A DNA stretch of 62,989 nt, filler included, from Hyphochytrium catenoides (Eukaryota; Protista; Hyphochytriomycota): assembly GCA_900088475.1 (NCBI GenBank). It is 10 parts of 10 records of this genome, joined end to end, with 100 filler letters (N's around TTAATTAATTAA, not from the genome) between each part and the next. Parts side by side here need not be neighbours in the genome. Positions count along the whole stretch, not along the records: positions 31,959 to 53,923 come from FLMG01004572.1; 9 more parts are not named here. The stretch is one strand, 5' to 3'. The position numbers were made by a program, and so were the translations under genes. The notes below the pieces were generated by a model. The model saw only the letters and a program-made list of their open reading frames with translations, did not search any database and was not told the DNA's origin. This document shows, in pieces, positions 36,753-49,400 of the stretch (its first letter is position 1; each line of letters opens with the position of its first letter).

Positions 36753-38030
36753 ATGAATCCTCTTCGCTTGAGCTTGCTCATCGCCCTCTTGGCGGTGTCT
36801 CAGGCCAATGGACAGATTAGCATCACTCCCGACCCTCTCCCTACAGCGGTTGTACCATCCAATGGGCCTTCTCCGACTCCTTCTACGCCTTCAACAGCCC
36901 CAACTCCGGTTGTAACACCTTCCCCATCCCCTGTCACGCCAGTGCCTTCTCCTACTCCCCGTCCTTCTCCTCCTTCTTCTCCTTCTCCTACTCCTCCTGT
37001 CCCCAGTCCAACTCCTGCACCGACTACTGCTCCTACGCCTTCCAATGCCAACACTCCTACACCAGCTGCCGTAGAAGACGAGCCAACGCCTGCTCCTACT
37101 CCTAGCCCGAGCAAGGCTGTCTCTACGCCAACGCCTTCTGCAACGAATTCTCTTGTTAGCGGAGGGGGGAGCACCAAGAGTAAGAGCGATGCCAGCAGCA
37201 CAGACGCCTTTTCCAGCTCTGAGTCAGTTACCGAGGTAAAGGCCGAGACCGAGGCTGGAACCAGTGAGGATGAAGAGTCTACTGCCGCCGAATCGTCTAA
37301 CGATACTCCGACTCCTGACGACAGTACCCGCAATACTGCCTCTAGCGGAGGTCTTCTTTCTGATGACGACAAGTCCACGAGCAACAAAAAGGCTTCTGGA
37401 GGTTCTTCTATGAGCACAGCGTCTCTCTTTGCTATCATCGGCGCAGCAGTTGTTGGGCTGGCAGTCATTGGTTTCGTCGTAGCAAGAGTAGTGCGCGCTG
37501 TGAGAGAGGATGATGTTGATGACTTTGAAAACAGTCGACCTCTTCCCGACTATCCTCCTCTTGGCACTCCTGCTGCTGAACCTCCAGCAGAAGTTAGCCC
37601 TACAAGAGGCTACCGCTTCGGTGCCGCTGCCATCAGACAAAGTCTCAACAACGTCGCCTCAAGACGCAACTGGGGTCTGCTTAGCAATAAGCCTGACTCT
37701 TACACGGCGTACATGAACAATAAGGATAACAAGGCGCCTGCCAGCGAGCTGACCATGAGACAGCACCAGACTGTGCGGTCCTTTAGAGCTGGATCTCAGT
37801 CCTCTAACCCGGCTGAAACAGCTTCTATCGTCCTTGGGGAGATTCCAGGGGCTCAGCAACCCGGACAGCGGCTCTACGAGCAGCCTCAGGCTTATAATGC
37901 GCCCGCATATGCTCCTCAGCCAGCCTATCAGGACTACAATGGGACTAGACAGACTGAGATGTCTGAGAACATCGATGGGCGTAGTATTTATGCTCCCTCT
38001 TACCGCGCGTCTGATGATATTGAGTTATAG
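36753..38030 (+). CDS. Type-I membrane mucin-like protein (signal peptide, Pro/Ser/Thr stalk, TM, cytoplasmic tail), 425 aa
   Basis: [20 protein letters not shown] leader, PTPSP repeats, [22 protein letters not shown], Tyr/Pro/Gln-rich tail. Intronless ORF. Confidence 0.85.
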   Translation: MNPLRLSLLIALLAVSQANGQISITPDPLPTAVVPSNGPSPTPSTPSTAPTPVVTPSPSPVTPVPSPTPRPSPPSSPSPTPPVPSPTPAPTTAPTPSNANTPTPAAVEDEPTPAPTPSPSKAVSTPTPSATNSLVSGGGSTKSKSDASSTDAFSSSESVTEVKAETEAGTSEDEESTAAESSNDTPTPDDSTRNTASSGGLLSDDDKSTSNKKASGGSSMSTASLFAIIGAAVVGLAVIGFVVARVVRAVREDDVDDFENSRPLPDYPPLGTPAAEPPAEVSPTRGYRFGAAAIRQSLNNVASRRNWGLLSNKPDSYTAYMNNKDNKAPASELTMRQHQTVRSFRAGSQSSNPAETASIVLGEIPGAQQPGQRLYEQPQAYNAPAYAPQPAYQDYNGTRQTEMSENIDGRSIYAPSYRASDDIEL

Positions 38031-38982
38031 ATCAGTTTCCGTCTCTCTATCTCTCTGTTTACCCTTTTGCTTTCGATGATCATCCATAAATATTAAGCAC
38101 ATTCACTTTTGCAATAGTCTCGCTGCTTGTGCTCTCCTTGAGCGGTATACAGAGTTTGAGCATCCTGTTGCCCTCCAATGTGTACCACTCTGATCAAAAG
38201 AGGATAGAGAGCAAACCGAAGTTTCCTAACCACGAGGACAGTCTGCACAGGCAGAAGGTGTGACAGACCAATCGAGCCTCAATTCTCGCAGGCAGAGTCT
38301 AAAGGCTCAACATCAAGCCAGAGAGAGAAAGACTGCTGCTATAAGAAGATGAGCCAAAGTAAGCGAAGCCTGAGAAACTCGAAGGACTCACTATAGCATA
38401 AGAAGGACTTCTACGTTAGGGTTCTGCTGTTCCCTCTCGTTCTCAACTAATGAAGCTCCGCCAAGAGTCAACTTCATCATACAAGAGCGATGTTAGAGAG
38501 AGAGGTAAAGGGAAGACAGCACAAGTGAGGGCGAGAAAGAGAGAAAAGACAGAACCAAGCATCCAACTAGGGGAATCATGGGGCCTTTATTATAGGTACA
38601 CCTAACAACAGGGAGCAGCTAACGCCTGACAGGGCGCCAGCGCCCACCGCCACCATAAACAGCTAACAAGTCGCACACATATAAAATTAGATAGAAATTA
38701 TGTGGATAAATACAATCCAAGGGTTTAGAAGAGACTGCATGGGAGGAGGAGACGAACGAGTGAGGATCAAAATGAGTAAACTGATGAAGGAATCGATAGC
38801 TGACTGAAGGCCCGAGAGGGCTATGCGATTTCAAAAAGACTAGAAAGTGCATAAAGATGGTACTCTAAAGGCTTTTTGCGTGGCCCTCCGCCCAGACTTT
38901 TCCCAGCAAAGAAGTGGGATGCGAGAGAGCATGACAATGAAAAGAGGAGATAGAAATGTGCCAAAAAGACTGAGACAGAATT

Positions 38983-40272
38983 CTAGAATTCCATTGACAT
39001 GGTACTCTTCATGTTCTTGGTTGAGCTCCTCTTGAAGCTGGGCGTGCTGCCCAAGAGAGAAGTGCCAATATACTTGATGAGTGAACTCTGACTCGACAAT
39101 CCTCTCGGTCTCGCTGGCTGCTGGTTTGGAGGCGCGTATGTGTCCGTAGGAGGAGACTGTGCCATTTCGACCTCGCTGTTATAGTACCGAAGAGAGGAAG
39201 GTTGGCCCATGGGAGTTGTGCCATAACCCAAGATACTGCTAGCGTCTCTTTTGGCTTCCCAAGGAGAGGGAGAAGCTTGTTCAACATAAGCAGCAGCGGG
39301 ATCTACTCTTCCGTCCTTCATTCTCGTCTTCAGATCGGGAGGGCTATTTACGCCGGGAGAGAGGGGAGAAACTGGCGTCTCTAAGTCAGATGCGTTCTCC
39401 CGTCGCCGATTTCTTCTAAAGCGGTAGAATGCAAATGCACAGATGAGAAGAAGGGCAACCACTGCCACTGTGACTCCGATAATAAGTGCGGTGTTTGACT
39501 TCTTTCCGTCTTTTGCTTGAGCGTCCCTCTGCACGGCTTCACCGGCAGGAGTAGGAGTAGGATCAGCGGTAGGGGGAGAAGGTGTAGAAGGTGTCGGTGA
39601 GTCGTCAGTAGGCGTCAGAGGGGCATCTGTTGGGAGCGGCGCTGGGGCGTCGTTAACGGGTGAAGGCGACGGACTGACTATGCCCGTAGGGGAAGGAGGA
39701 GGCCTGGATGGCGAAGGAGTCGGCGCCGGCACTTGAGTCGGGCTAGGGCGAGGAGGAAGGGGGGAAGGACTCGGAACGGGGGAAGGACTCGGAAGAGGAG
39801 CAGGAAGGGGCGGCGGCGGTTGCGGCGGCGGTGGACTAGGAGAAGGAGGAGAGGGAGCAGGAGGTGGCGGGGCCACGCAGCTCTGTGTTCCCGCTGGGCA
39901 CTTTCCATCCGCACCAAAGTCCGCACAAAATAAGGGCCCTTTGCCCGTAGCATTACCCCGACAAGGTCCGCACTTTGAGGTGGCGAACGCTCCGCAATTC
40001 CGCACCCCCGTGGGTGAGGCCGTGGTCAGTAGCACGCAGGAGACAAGGCAAGTGCTAGGCAATCGTCCAGCTTGTTGAGCGAATGTAAAGGGAAGAGAGA
40101 GAGAAGAGATGGAGAGAGACAGAGTGATAAGTTCCGCCCAAGCCTTCCGTCTTCTGCTGCTTGGCCGTGTCGCTGAAGAGGAAGAGGGCAGATGAAGCCT
40201 CTCACTCTCTCTATCTAAGAAGTTGCTCTCTGTCCCTATCATGGCTCGTGTTCTCTTTCGAGTCGCACTCAT
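38983..40272 (-). CDS. Membrane protein with an 8-Cys domain, polyproline stalk, TM and cytoplasmic tail, 429 aa
   Basis: Hydrophobic segment WAELITLSLSISSLSLPFTFA, Cys-rich module CLVSC...CGAFATSKCGPC...CADFGADGKCPAGTQSC, PPPSP stalk, TM ALIIGVTVAVVALLLICAFAFY followed by RFRRNRRR. Start codon uncertain. Confidence 0.82.
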   Translation of the reverse strand: MSATRKRTRAMIGTESNFLDRESERLHLPSSSSATRPSSRRRKAWAELITLSLSISSLSLPFTFAQQAGRLPSTCLVSCVLLTTASPTGVRNCGAFATSKCGPCRGNATGKGPLFCADFGADGKCPAGTQSCVAPPPPAPSPPSPSPPPPQPPPPLPAPLPSPSPVPSPSPLPPRPSPTQVPAPTPSPSRPPPSPTGIVSPSPSPVNDAPAPLPTDAPLTPTDDSPTPSTPSPPTADPTPTPAGEAVQRDAQAKDGKKSNTALIIGVTVAVVALLLICAFAFYRFRRNRRRENASDLETPVSPLSPGVNSPPDLKTRMKDGRVDPAAAYVEQASPSPWEAKRDASSILGYGTTPMGQPSSLRYYNSEVEMAQSPPTDTYAPPNQQPARPRGLSSQSSLIKYIGTSLLGSTPSFKRSSTKNMKSTMSMEF

Positions 40273-42690
40273 GCTCTGCTAGAGTTGCTTTTTCTGGCTG
40301 TATCGTCTCCTCTTCCTCTCTGAGGGTTGCGAGAGGAGAGGGGAGACTGCAAGGAGATGAAAGCAGAAGACACACCGCTGCGTCTCTTCTCTCTTTCTTT
40401 CTCTCTCCCACACTCAGTCTTGCTACACCTAACCGGTTTGGCTGTCACTGCTCAGGCATCACAAAGTACCCAGAAGAATTGAGAATAAAAGAGGCGCCAG
40501 GCCTAGGGCAGTAGAATACTCGCTTGACTTCTGGAGACTGAAGTGGAGACCAACGAAGATGGAGAGACTGCCTGTCGCTTTTATAATGAAGGTTTGGAAG
40601 GCAATGACGGAGAGAATTGCTACGAATGTGGGCGACGTTGGGACTGTGTACGCAGCAGTGAGAGGGAGAAGACGGGCGGGCTATCTTCAGAAGATCAGGA
40701 TGAGTTCATAAAGTGAGAGACATAATATGAACTCAATGACGAGGGTGAGAATGGCAGAGCGATAGTAGGAGAGAGAGAGAGAGAGGGAGAGAGAGGAAAC
40801 GGAGCAGAAATGAGGATTTTAGTTTGGAGCACCACCGCTTTGGAAGAATTTGGCGCAGATTGAAGGCAGCTTCTGATGTGGTCTTCATGAGTCTTTTTTT
40901 CCTCTCCTCCTGGACTTTCTGCGTCCTTGTCTTCCAATGCTGGTCTCTCTCTCGCTCCCTCTCTCTCTCTCCTCTTGCTCTTACATCTTCGTCTCTTTTT
41001 CCTCTCTCTCTTGCTCTCTCTCTCCTTTCCTCTCTCTTTTCTCTTGCTCTTTCCCCTCTCTCTCCTTTCTCGTTATTGCTCCTCTCTTCTTCCTCTCGTC
41101 GTCTGATGCTCTCTCTTATGTTCCCTTCTGTTCGTCTGCTTCCCCTGTCTTGTCGACTGTGGAGAGAGAGAGAAGAGGAGAGAGAGAGAGCGAGGGTCGG
41201 GCAGTGTTCTGGCTGGGTTTCACACCTTTACTATAGATTAACTTAGGCAGAGGGTTGCAGCATATATTCCTCAACTTCTGCATGTTTATTGTTAGGCAGA
41301 TAGAGCCAATGCTAGCTACAAGCCAGAGTCCCGGCTTGAGAGATAGATTACCACTAGGTACCTCCACGGATCCATTACAGATATTGGAAAAGAGTCAGAG
41401 TGTTGGGAGAAATGGCTGATTTGAAAGAGATACGAGGGGGAATGTAGGCGGGGAAGGGCGGAAAAGTCAGAAAGTACAAAGGCAGGAAAATAGGTCCTAA
41501 GACGAAGACAGCGATTTTTTAGAGTGTTTTGACCGATTTTCAAGGGTCTGGAGGGAGCCTATGAGAGAGAGAGAGAGACAGAGAGAGAGAGAGACCACGG
41601 TGGGATAGGAAAAAAGGGCCATAATCCAGCTGTTAAAAATCTTGAAAATTTAGATTTCTGTTGGTGTTTCAGGGCTACTAACCTGGAAATGAGTGAGAGG
41701 GAAGAAATGAAACCTATCTTATAAATTTCAAGCAAAGTTCAGCTGAAAAGTGTATATACGAAGTCCGGTTTGTTTGAGTTGAGATGGATGGAGCCCCATC
41801 CTACGACGATAATAATGTTAGGGAACAGGCCAGAGAGGTAGCTAGACAGAGAGGGTTAGAGATATGAATACTAGTAATCTTTATGTAGACAATAACGAGA
41901 CAGAGTAAAGAAGACTCATGACCCTTGATGAGGAAATGATGTCTCCGTGCCGTTAGGAAATTATAGAGGCTTGAGTGCATCAACCTAATGGAGCTTTTAC
42001 CTCCTACTTGTGCCCAGATAGTCTGGCTCACGCTGACTCTCTCTCTACAGTGTAAAGATAGACCAATAGCTAGGTAATTCCTAGGCTGATAGGCCAACGA
42101 CAGAGAAAAAAAGACTCATCGAGGGAGAGGAAAGAGAGAGAGGTCAACTGATTGCTATGGATGGTGAGAATTATTCACCCCTTTGCAATGCCCCCGCTTG
42201 GTAATACTCGGTATTCTTATTTATCTTCGTATAATTTACACTATTATCGGTCTTCTGGTGATAGCGTTCGTCAAAAGAATAGTATGGAAGCTCACATCGA
42301 AAAGACTTGCAAACCCATGTTGCTCATAGTTTTGGCAGAGAGACTTTAATTCCGGGCTATGAGGGACAATTGAACCGAACAAACACCGTCGAGGGAGAGA
42401 CAAGGACAGAGACAGTGAAAGCCGAAGGGCAGCGAAGAAGAGAAGAAGAAGCGGTGCTCTTGTTGTTTGGCCTCCTGAGACGAGAGAAAGAGAGACAGAC
42501 AGAGAGAGAGAGAGAAGCAGAGAGAGAAGTAGAGAGAGAAGCAGAGAGAGCGAGAGAGTCTGGCAGAACATTGTTTGGGTTTTGAGTCGCCAACGCTTGC
42601 TCTGTGTTTGGCCATCGACCTCGTCACGTCCGTTGCCACCTGCTACAGACAGCAGCACTTGTGGTGACTCTCCCTCTCTCCCTCTCTCCC

Positions 42691-42742
<52 letters not shown>

Positions 42743-43486
42743 GTTCTGACCCCTTTCGTCACCCCCACTGCCTTTCTCTTCTTGATCTCAGCCTTGTCTC
42801 CGTTCCTGGTATTTTTCTATGCAGCCTCTAGTCTTCGGAAGCAATTTTTGTAAGGGCAGGTTAGAGGTTTTACCAGCTGAGGAGGAAGAAAAAGTTGCGG
42901 TAGAACGTCGGAAAGCGAGCCACAAGCATGAAGAAGAAGAGTTGAGATCGTTCGGCCGTGCTTCAACTGGGGCCTGCGGCGTCCAAACAGCTCCTTTACT
43001 TTCCCCTTGGTCCTTTTGGTCATGCCGCCACTGACACGTTCTGGGTGACGCTCGCTTCCCAGAGGAAGTTGGAAAGGGTTCAGAGTCTTGACGAGCATTC
43101 ATTGAATAGAAAATGAGTCGGCTGGCATCTCACTTCCAATGCCTCTACTCTCTTCACTTTCTCCTAGTTTGATCTTTCATGTCCTTCTTTCTACCAGCAT
43201 TTTGAACAGAAGTCTCTCTTCAGGAACCATCTTCTACTTCCGACCGTTCTTGGGGGACTGAAGCTTCCAGTACTGGCAGTGCCCTTTCTATTTCTTACCT
43301 TGAAGCAGCAAGGTTTGTCAGCGTTTTCTGATGTCGAACTTGTTCTTCTCCTTCACGCTTCTTGCCTCAGCTCTTGTCTCGTTCTTCTCTCCTCTCCCTC
43401 TCTCTCTCCCCTTCTCTCTCTCTCTCTCTCTCTCNNNNNNNNNNNNNNNNNNNNNNNNNNNNNNNNNNNNNNNNNNNNNNNNNNTG

Positions 43487-43524
<38 letters not shown>

Positions 43525-46468
43525 CGGTTACCCTCTCCCCTTATGTCGTTGACCTCCTGTCTACGCGGTCCGCTTCTGAGCCTTTTCTTGTCCTTGGTCA
43601 TTGAGAGTAGACGGAGCTTTCTGGGCCCTTCAATAAGCTGGAACAGTACTAACAACCTTTAGAGACAGGCTTTCCTTTCGTTGCTTCTATCAGTAAGAAG
43701 TACCTCTTGCTCATGCTCCTTTGGCGACTCCTATCCCCAGTGACTCTCTCTTCTGCCTGTCGTTCCTGGCCCTCTACCATTCCCGTTCCCATTCTCCCAG
43801 TTCGAACATCAACTATACAAGAAATATTCTTGACTTTCAATATAGAAGCAGACCGCAACAAGGGCGGAAGTGAGATAGAAGGGGAGACTGTAAGAGAAGG
43901 GAACAAAGCGGAAAGACTGGCAGCAGTAAGAGGCTACAGGAGGACAGCCCAGAAGGCGGACACTAGGAAATGTATCGTGAGAAGCTGTTACGAGTGAAGA
44001 ACCAGCACGTGAGTGGCAAGAAGAGGAGTGCGAGAGGAGGGTGGCAGACGAAGGCAAAGGGGAGTGGACTTGCAAATGAACCTTAACAACAGCCAATATC
44101 ATCCCTTTTTATACACTGCGCCTTATAAGAAGGGATTTGATAGAGTTAGAGCCATCACAGACCAGGTGCTCCTCGTCGTGAAGACGGAGAAGAAGAGCCT
44201 CCGCAAAGGAGATGGAGGCATTTCTTGATAAAAGGTAGCCCTTGCCTCCTTTGCTACCAACATGGCGATGGAGCTCCGGAAACCCATCCAGGAAATGTGA
44301 AATTGATGAAATTCTCAGTGTAGATTGACTGTGAAAGGCACAGGGCATGAAAGGACAGCTACGGGTCAGTGGTGCGAAGGATACGTCGCTATGATGGTGC
44401 ATGTGTGTGAGTGTTCACTTGGCCTATCACCGTGTTTCCCTGTCAAGGACTCAGCTTCGCAAAACTATATATGGATGCGGATCTGGCTCAGTGAGGGAAT
44501 GGCCGACTTCACGACGGCTGCTCCAATAGTGAAGAGCACTGGTCACGGTGAGGTCTTTGAACTTGATGCACTTTAGGCTTCAAGGGAGCAGCGAGTACTG
44601 AGTTCAAGGAGGACTGCCTTCGATGGCTACGGGTAGCTGAGAGAAGGCTACAGAATAACCCTTTGCGCCTCAGTCTGTAGCATTGAATTGAAGCACCACA
44701 GCAAGGGTCTGCCAGTCGTGCCCATTGCCGTAGTGAGCTTTGTTCAACTTCGAAAACAGTCTCCGACCACTGCATCCTTGGCCTCAGTCCTCTGAAATGC
44801 GATATCGGGCGGGATACTTCCTTACGTAGAGGAGGCGTCTCGATAGCAGTTTGGGTTGAAGGAATGCTCTGTCATTAATAGCACCATGTCATCTTTTCAG
44901 ATTGTCCGCCGCCAATGTTTATGAGAAAATTGGTATGCCTGCTTGCGGGCAATGTAATGCGTGCTTATCCAAACGAGGTAAGGCTATCTTACAAGGGGTT
45001 CGAGAACGCTAGCAGAAAGGCTAAGGAAGAGCAGAAGACAAAGAGAGGTAGGAGGTGAAGGAGAGGCCAAGCAAAAAGCGTAGGAGGCGGAAAGACAATG
45101 GAGAAGCCGAGAAGGGGCGATGGCTTAGAAGGGGTAAAAGATCCGTAGTATGGCGATGCAACTTGACAGGAGAAAAGTACCGAAGAACCTACGAACAGGT
45201 AAGAACGGCAGATAAAACTACTGGTTGGCAGATCCCATCGAGATGGAGGTCGGGTTGCCTCCTCTCTTCCTGACATAGGATGGAGGTCGGCGCGGACGGG
45301 CTTCTAATGTTAAGAGGAGGTAGTTCCCTGTGGACAAACGTTCCGCTGCTGTTGAAGCAGTGCCTCTACAAAGCTGGGTAAAAAAGCGACCTCTGCGACG
45401 GAACAGCTCTGCTAGGAGTTCGCTGGTAAAATTGAGCTAAAGACTTCTTAAGAGACAGTCCAAACACGCAACTGCGCTGTTGCAATCCAATCGGCCACTC
45501 TTCGCAATGCAGTAACTCTTTGCATCTCACTGATTCTTATAGCACAGACTGGGTGATGAGGGCGTCTTGGCCATTCTCACGCATCAGAAAGAGGACTATG
45601 ACACGGCATCCAGCAGCGCAGGACCAGCAAGGTTTCTTCTTTGACCTCTCGAGGGCCGACCAACCTCCTCTGCTGGCGACCACGATGTTGGGAGAGTTGG
45701 GGAGCTCTCATAGTGCACTTCCCTCTGGTCGCATCATCATCTTGACAAGCCAACACGTGGCGGGAATCAGAATTCAAAGGTGGCATATCTTTGGGACGAA
45801 CTAGCAGTTTTATCGATTATAAGTTCCACATAGAGGCTTAGGATTAGGGAACAGCCAAAGTTATCGTTATTTGGCGGGAAAAGCCCTTCCCCAACTGTCG
45901 TAAACTTCACGCCATGTGGAACATTTGATATTTTTCTTACTGGTTATGATGAATAGAAATTGAATCCTTCAAATGTAAGTTTGCACTTGGAAAGTATCTT
46001 CCATCAGAAAGGGAATGCAGGTTGGCAAAAGATCCGCTGCCAGATTCTGATCGTCAGACTGTCAAGGGAACGGAAGAAGGAGCTGGTCGGCGGCGCTGTG
46101 CCTATCTTGCCTGGCGGCGCTAGCAGCTAGAGACTAGCCACCAACAGCATCAGGATCCAGACTGCGCAGTAGCAGCAGCATCAGGCAAGAGTCTAGACAG
46201 CGGCAGCACGAGCGGGCAGAGACTTACTGACCATCAGCCAAGAAGTCAAGCAGCTTCAGAACGGTTAAAGATCATCCTTAGCTGCTGCAGCTGAGACCGA
46301 GTGAAGACCTGCAGGCGGCTTGCCAAGCGGCTCAGCTGGCTCGACAGTCCTCTCGTCGAGACCTTCCTGCACTGTTTACCTGTCAGCAGTGCCTGGGATA
46401 CTCCTCACTCTGCTGCGGAAGGAGTTGGCTGTCCACCAGAGACATTTCTCTGGCGAGAATCAACTATA

Positions 46469-49400
46469 ATGGGCGGAGGCGGAGAGCTTTCGAATGACTT
46501 TTGCGTCAGACTTCTAAAAGCAGTTTGGAGCGCCTCAGACTCCTTGGTTGACATTGACGAAGAACAAGGTGGAAGCCGAACTTTTGCCACAGGCGGGATT
46601 ATTGGTTCTGAACTCCTGGACGAGAAGCAGACCAGTGGGAGTAGTGCAAGTGCGACCCTGCCACTGGAGTCTCTGATCATTGACGGCATCGGCGAGCTCC
46701 GTTTGCCTTTATCAGCTGAGGGCGCCGAAAAACTCCGCACAGCGTGCGAGCAGGCTCCCTACGGTCATGGAATGGCCACGATGGTCGATACGAAGGTGCG
46801 CAAGGCGTGGCAGCTGGACGCCTCTAAGGTCAAATTCAAGACGGTAGAACCACCAATAAAGGCGAAAGACAAGAGCGAAACATCGTTCCTGTCTTCCAAT
46901 GTGCAGCAGATTGCCAAAGCAGCAGTGCGTAAGATGGGACTGGATAGCGCAGCGTTGCAGGTGGAAGCGCGGCTGTACAAGCTTCTTCTGTACGAGCCTG
47001 GGGGTCATTTCAGGGCCCACAGAGACACGGAGAAGGAAAAAGGTATGTTTGGCACTCTGGTCTTACAGCTGCCGACGGCCACGGGATACCAAGGTGGCGC
47101 GCTGGTGGTCAAGCATAGAGCTGCCAGCAAGACGTTTGACTTTGCTTCTTCGAGCCGTCAAGACTTCTGCTTCACCGCCTTCTTCGCGGACTGTGAACAC
47201 GAGTTACAGAAAGTAACATCAGGTTATCGTCTCTCTTTGGTCTTCAACCTGGTGCGTCAAAACCGTGCGGTTACTATGGACCTAGAGACCCTACAGGGCT
47301 TCAGTGAGGCAGTCGCTAGCACTGAGGCCGCGCTGAAGCCGTGGTTCAGGGCCATTCAAGCTGAGGACGGACAAATTGTCCCTGAACAGAGAGAACGAAC
47401 TCCTTCCACGTCAACACAAGAGCCTGAGAATGAGGAAGCAGTGGACGAGAAAGAAGAAGAGATGAATTTTCCCGATAAGCTCGCCATCCCACTGCAACAC
47501 AAATACACAGAGGCGAATTTGTCATTTGCAGGCCTCAAGGGAGAGGACCGCTTTGTGGCTGAGGTCCTGAAGAGCTGCAAAGACGCCCATGGACAGCCTT
47601 GGCTGGATGTCCAGCTCTGCATGCTTACCAAGCATCTTGTGGGCATGCCTGAAGACTATGATATGTATGATGAGTATGATGCATGGGGCCGGCGCTATGA
47701 CGAGTCGGATGAAGACGAAGAGGAAGACTCAGAAGAAGATGGTGAGGAAGAAGACAATGAGGAACAAGACAATGAGGAACAAGAAGAGGATTATGAAGAT
47801 GATGACGAGGAAGATATGGACGTGAAGCGAGCAGAGAGAGAGGAGGAGCAGGAGAAGAAAAGGGAAGAAGCAATGAAAAGAAGGGAAGAAGACAGGAGAC
47901 AGAGAGAGAAGGAAGAGAGACGGAAGGAGGAGGAGAGAAAGCGAAAAGAGGAAGAGGAGAGAAAGAAGCAAGATGCGATGACTGGTAGCTCTGGGTACCG
48001 GATGGCGGAAGTCCATAATGAAGACGTGGAAGCCACAGACTGGATCGGGGCCGATGACAAGCCACTGAGCTTCTATCCCAACGTGGACATTGAGACAGAG
48101 GTCATCTATAACAGAGAGGAGAGTGAAGAGCCCTTTGACGTCTCTGCTGGCCCAGACGACGACGAAGTGGAGGGCTACACCGGGAATGAAGGGCCAACGC
48201 TAGAGTTCTGGTACCATACTGCCGTCCTGGTCATTTGGCCAAAGAGCAGAGCCATCGCGGTGGCCTGCGACGCGGACTTTAGCGCTGCACTGTGTCTGCT
48301 GGAGCGCAAAATAGCAGAAAGCAAGTTGGCCGACGAGGGGAGAGAAGCACTTGAGAAGGTAGTGTCTTACTTGGAAAGGGAGGAACGCCGCAGGGCATTG
48401 GGAGTAAGTGAGAGTAGGGGACGAAGATTTACAATGGACTGGATGCAACGACGAGATGAAGGGCGAAACAAGGTCTCTATAGGCGCTGTGACCCTGTTAG
48501 GATTCTCGATGCTGCTCCACAGCTTTCCAGAGGCTCTGAGGCTGCTCAAGCTGATGGGCTGTATGGCCAAGCGGCCCTTGGACTTGCCCACCGGTCACTC
48601 CTATCATTCCAGGGAACAGACGAACTTTGTTCTAAGGAAAAGAGAGGCGGAGTCCATCACCTCTCTCGTGCACACATTTGGCTGGAAGGTTTGCTCTCAG
48701 GCTGTTCTCGAGCTCCTGACGCCTGAGCGAGTCTCTTTAGAAGGTTCTTGCTATGGACATCTAGCGCTACAGCTGCAAGGCAAGTTGGAAGAGGAGGCTG
48801 CAGAGTCAGTAGGCATGAAGACGCTGAACCTTCTCTTTTCCTCAGACGAGGTGTCCTTCAGTTCTTTGTCTAATGATGCCATCTGTTCTCTGAGTCAGAT
48901 GATACTCTCGCTCTCTGCCTGCCTTCAAGAGTATGGAGAGAGTTTGAGGCGGAAGCTGAAGCTCCTCACTGCCACAAAGCTGGCGACACTTCTTCTCCAT
49001 CTCCAAGGAGCGCGCTACCCTCGCATCGAGATGAATGAAGGTGCCTCTGTCTCTTCTGCTCCGGCGCTCACTGCTGCTGTCGCCGAACGAAACGGCGAGC
49101 CCCAACCCCAACGCGCCAGGTCGAGAAAGGTTATTACCGTGAAAGAGGATCCTCTAATCTTAGAGGTCTTCTTGACGATCTCTCGTCTGCTGATCTCGAA
49201 GATTCTGCAGCCTCCTCAGCCGCAGCAGACGACAGTCCAGTCTAACTTCTCCCCCTACGATGACTTCTATGCCCGTCCTAGCACTGCGCAAAGGGAAGCG
49301 CCACTCCCTATGATTCAACTCTTCGAGGTTTTCCTTTGGTTAGGGGATGCAGAGCTCTTCGACGCTTTGTGTCAGGCTGTTTTGCAGCGCTGTCGACAAC

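Noticed and set aside
36800-37468. Long antisense ORFs (also 1106-1870, 46405-48065)
   Set aside because: They are shadows of real genes on the opposite strand with biased codon use.
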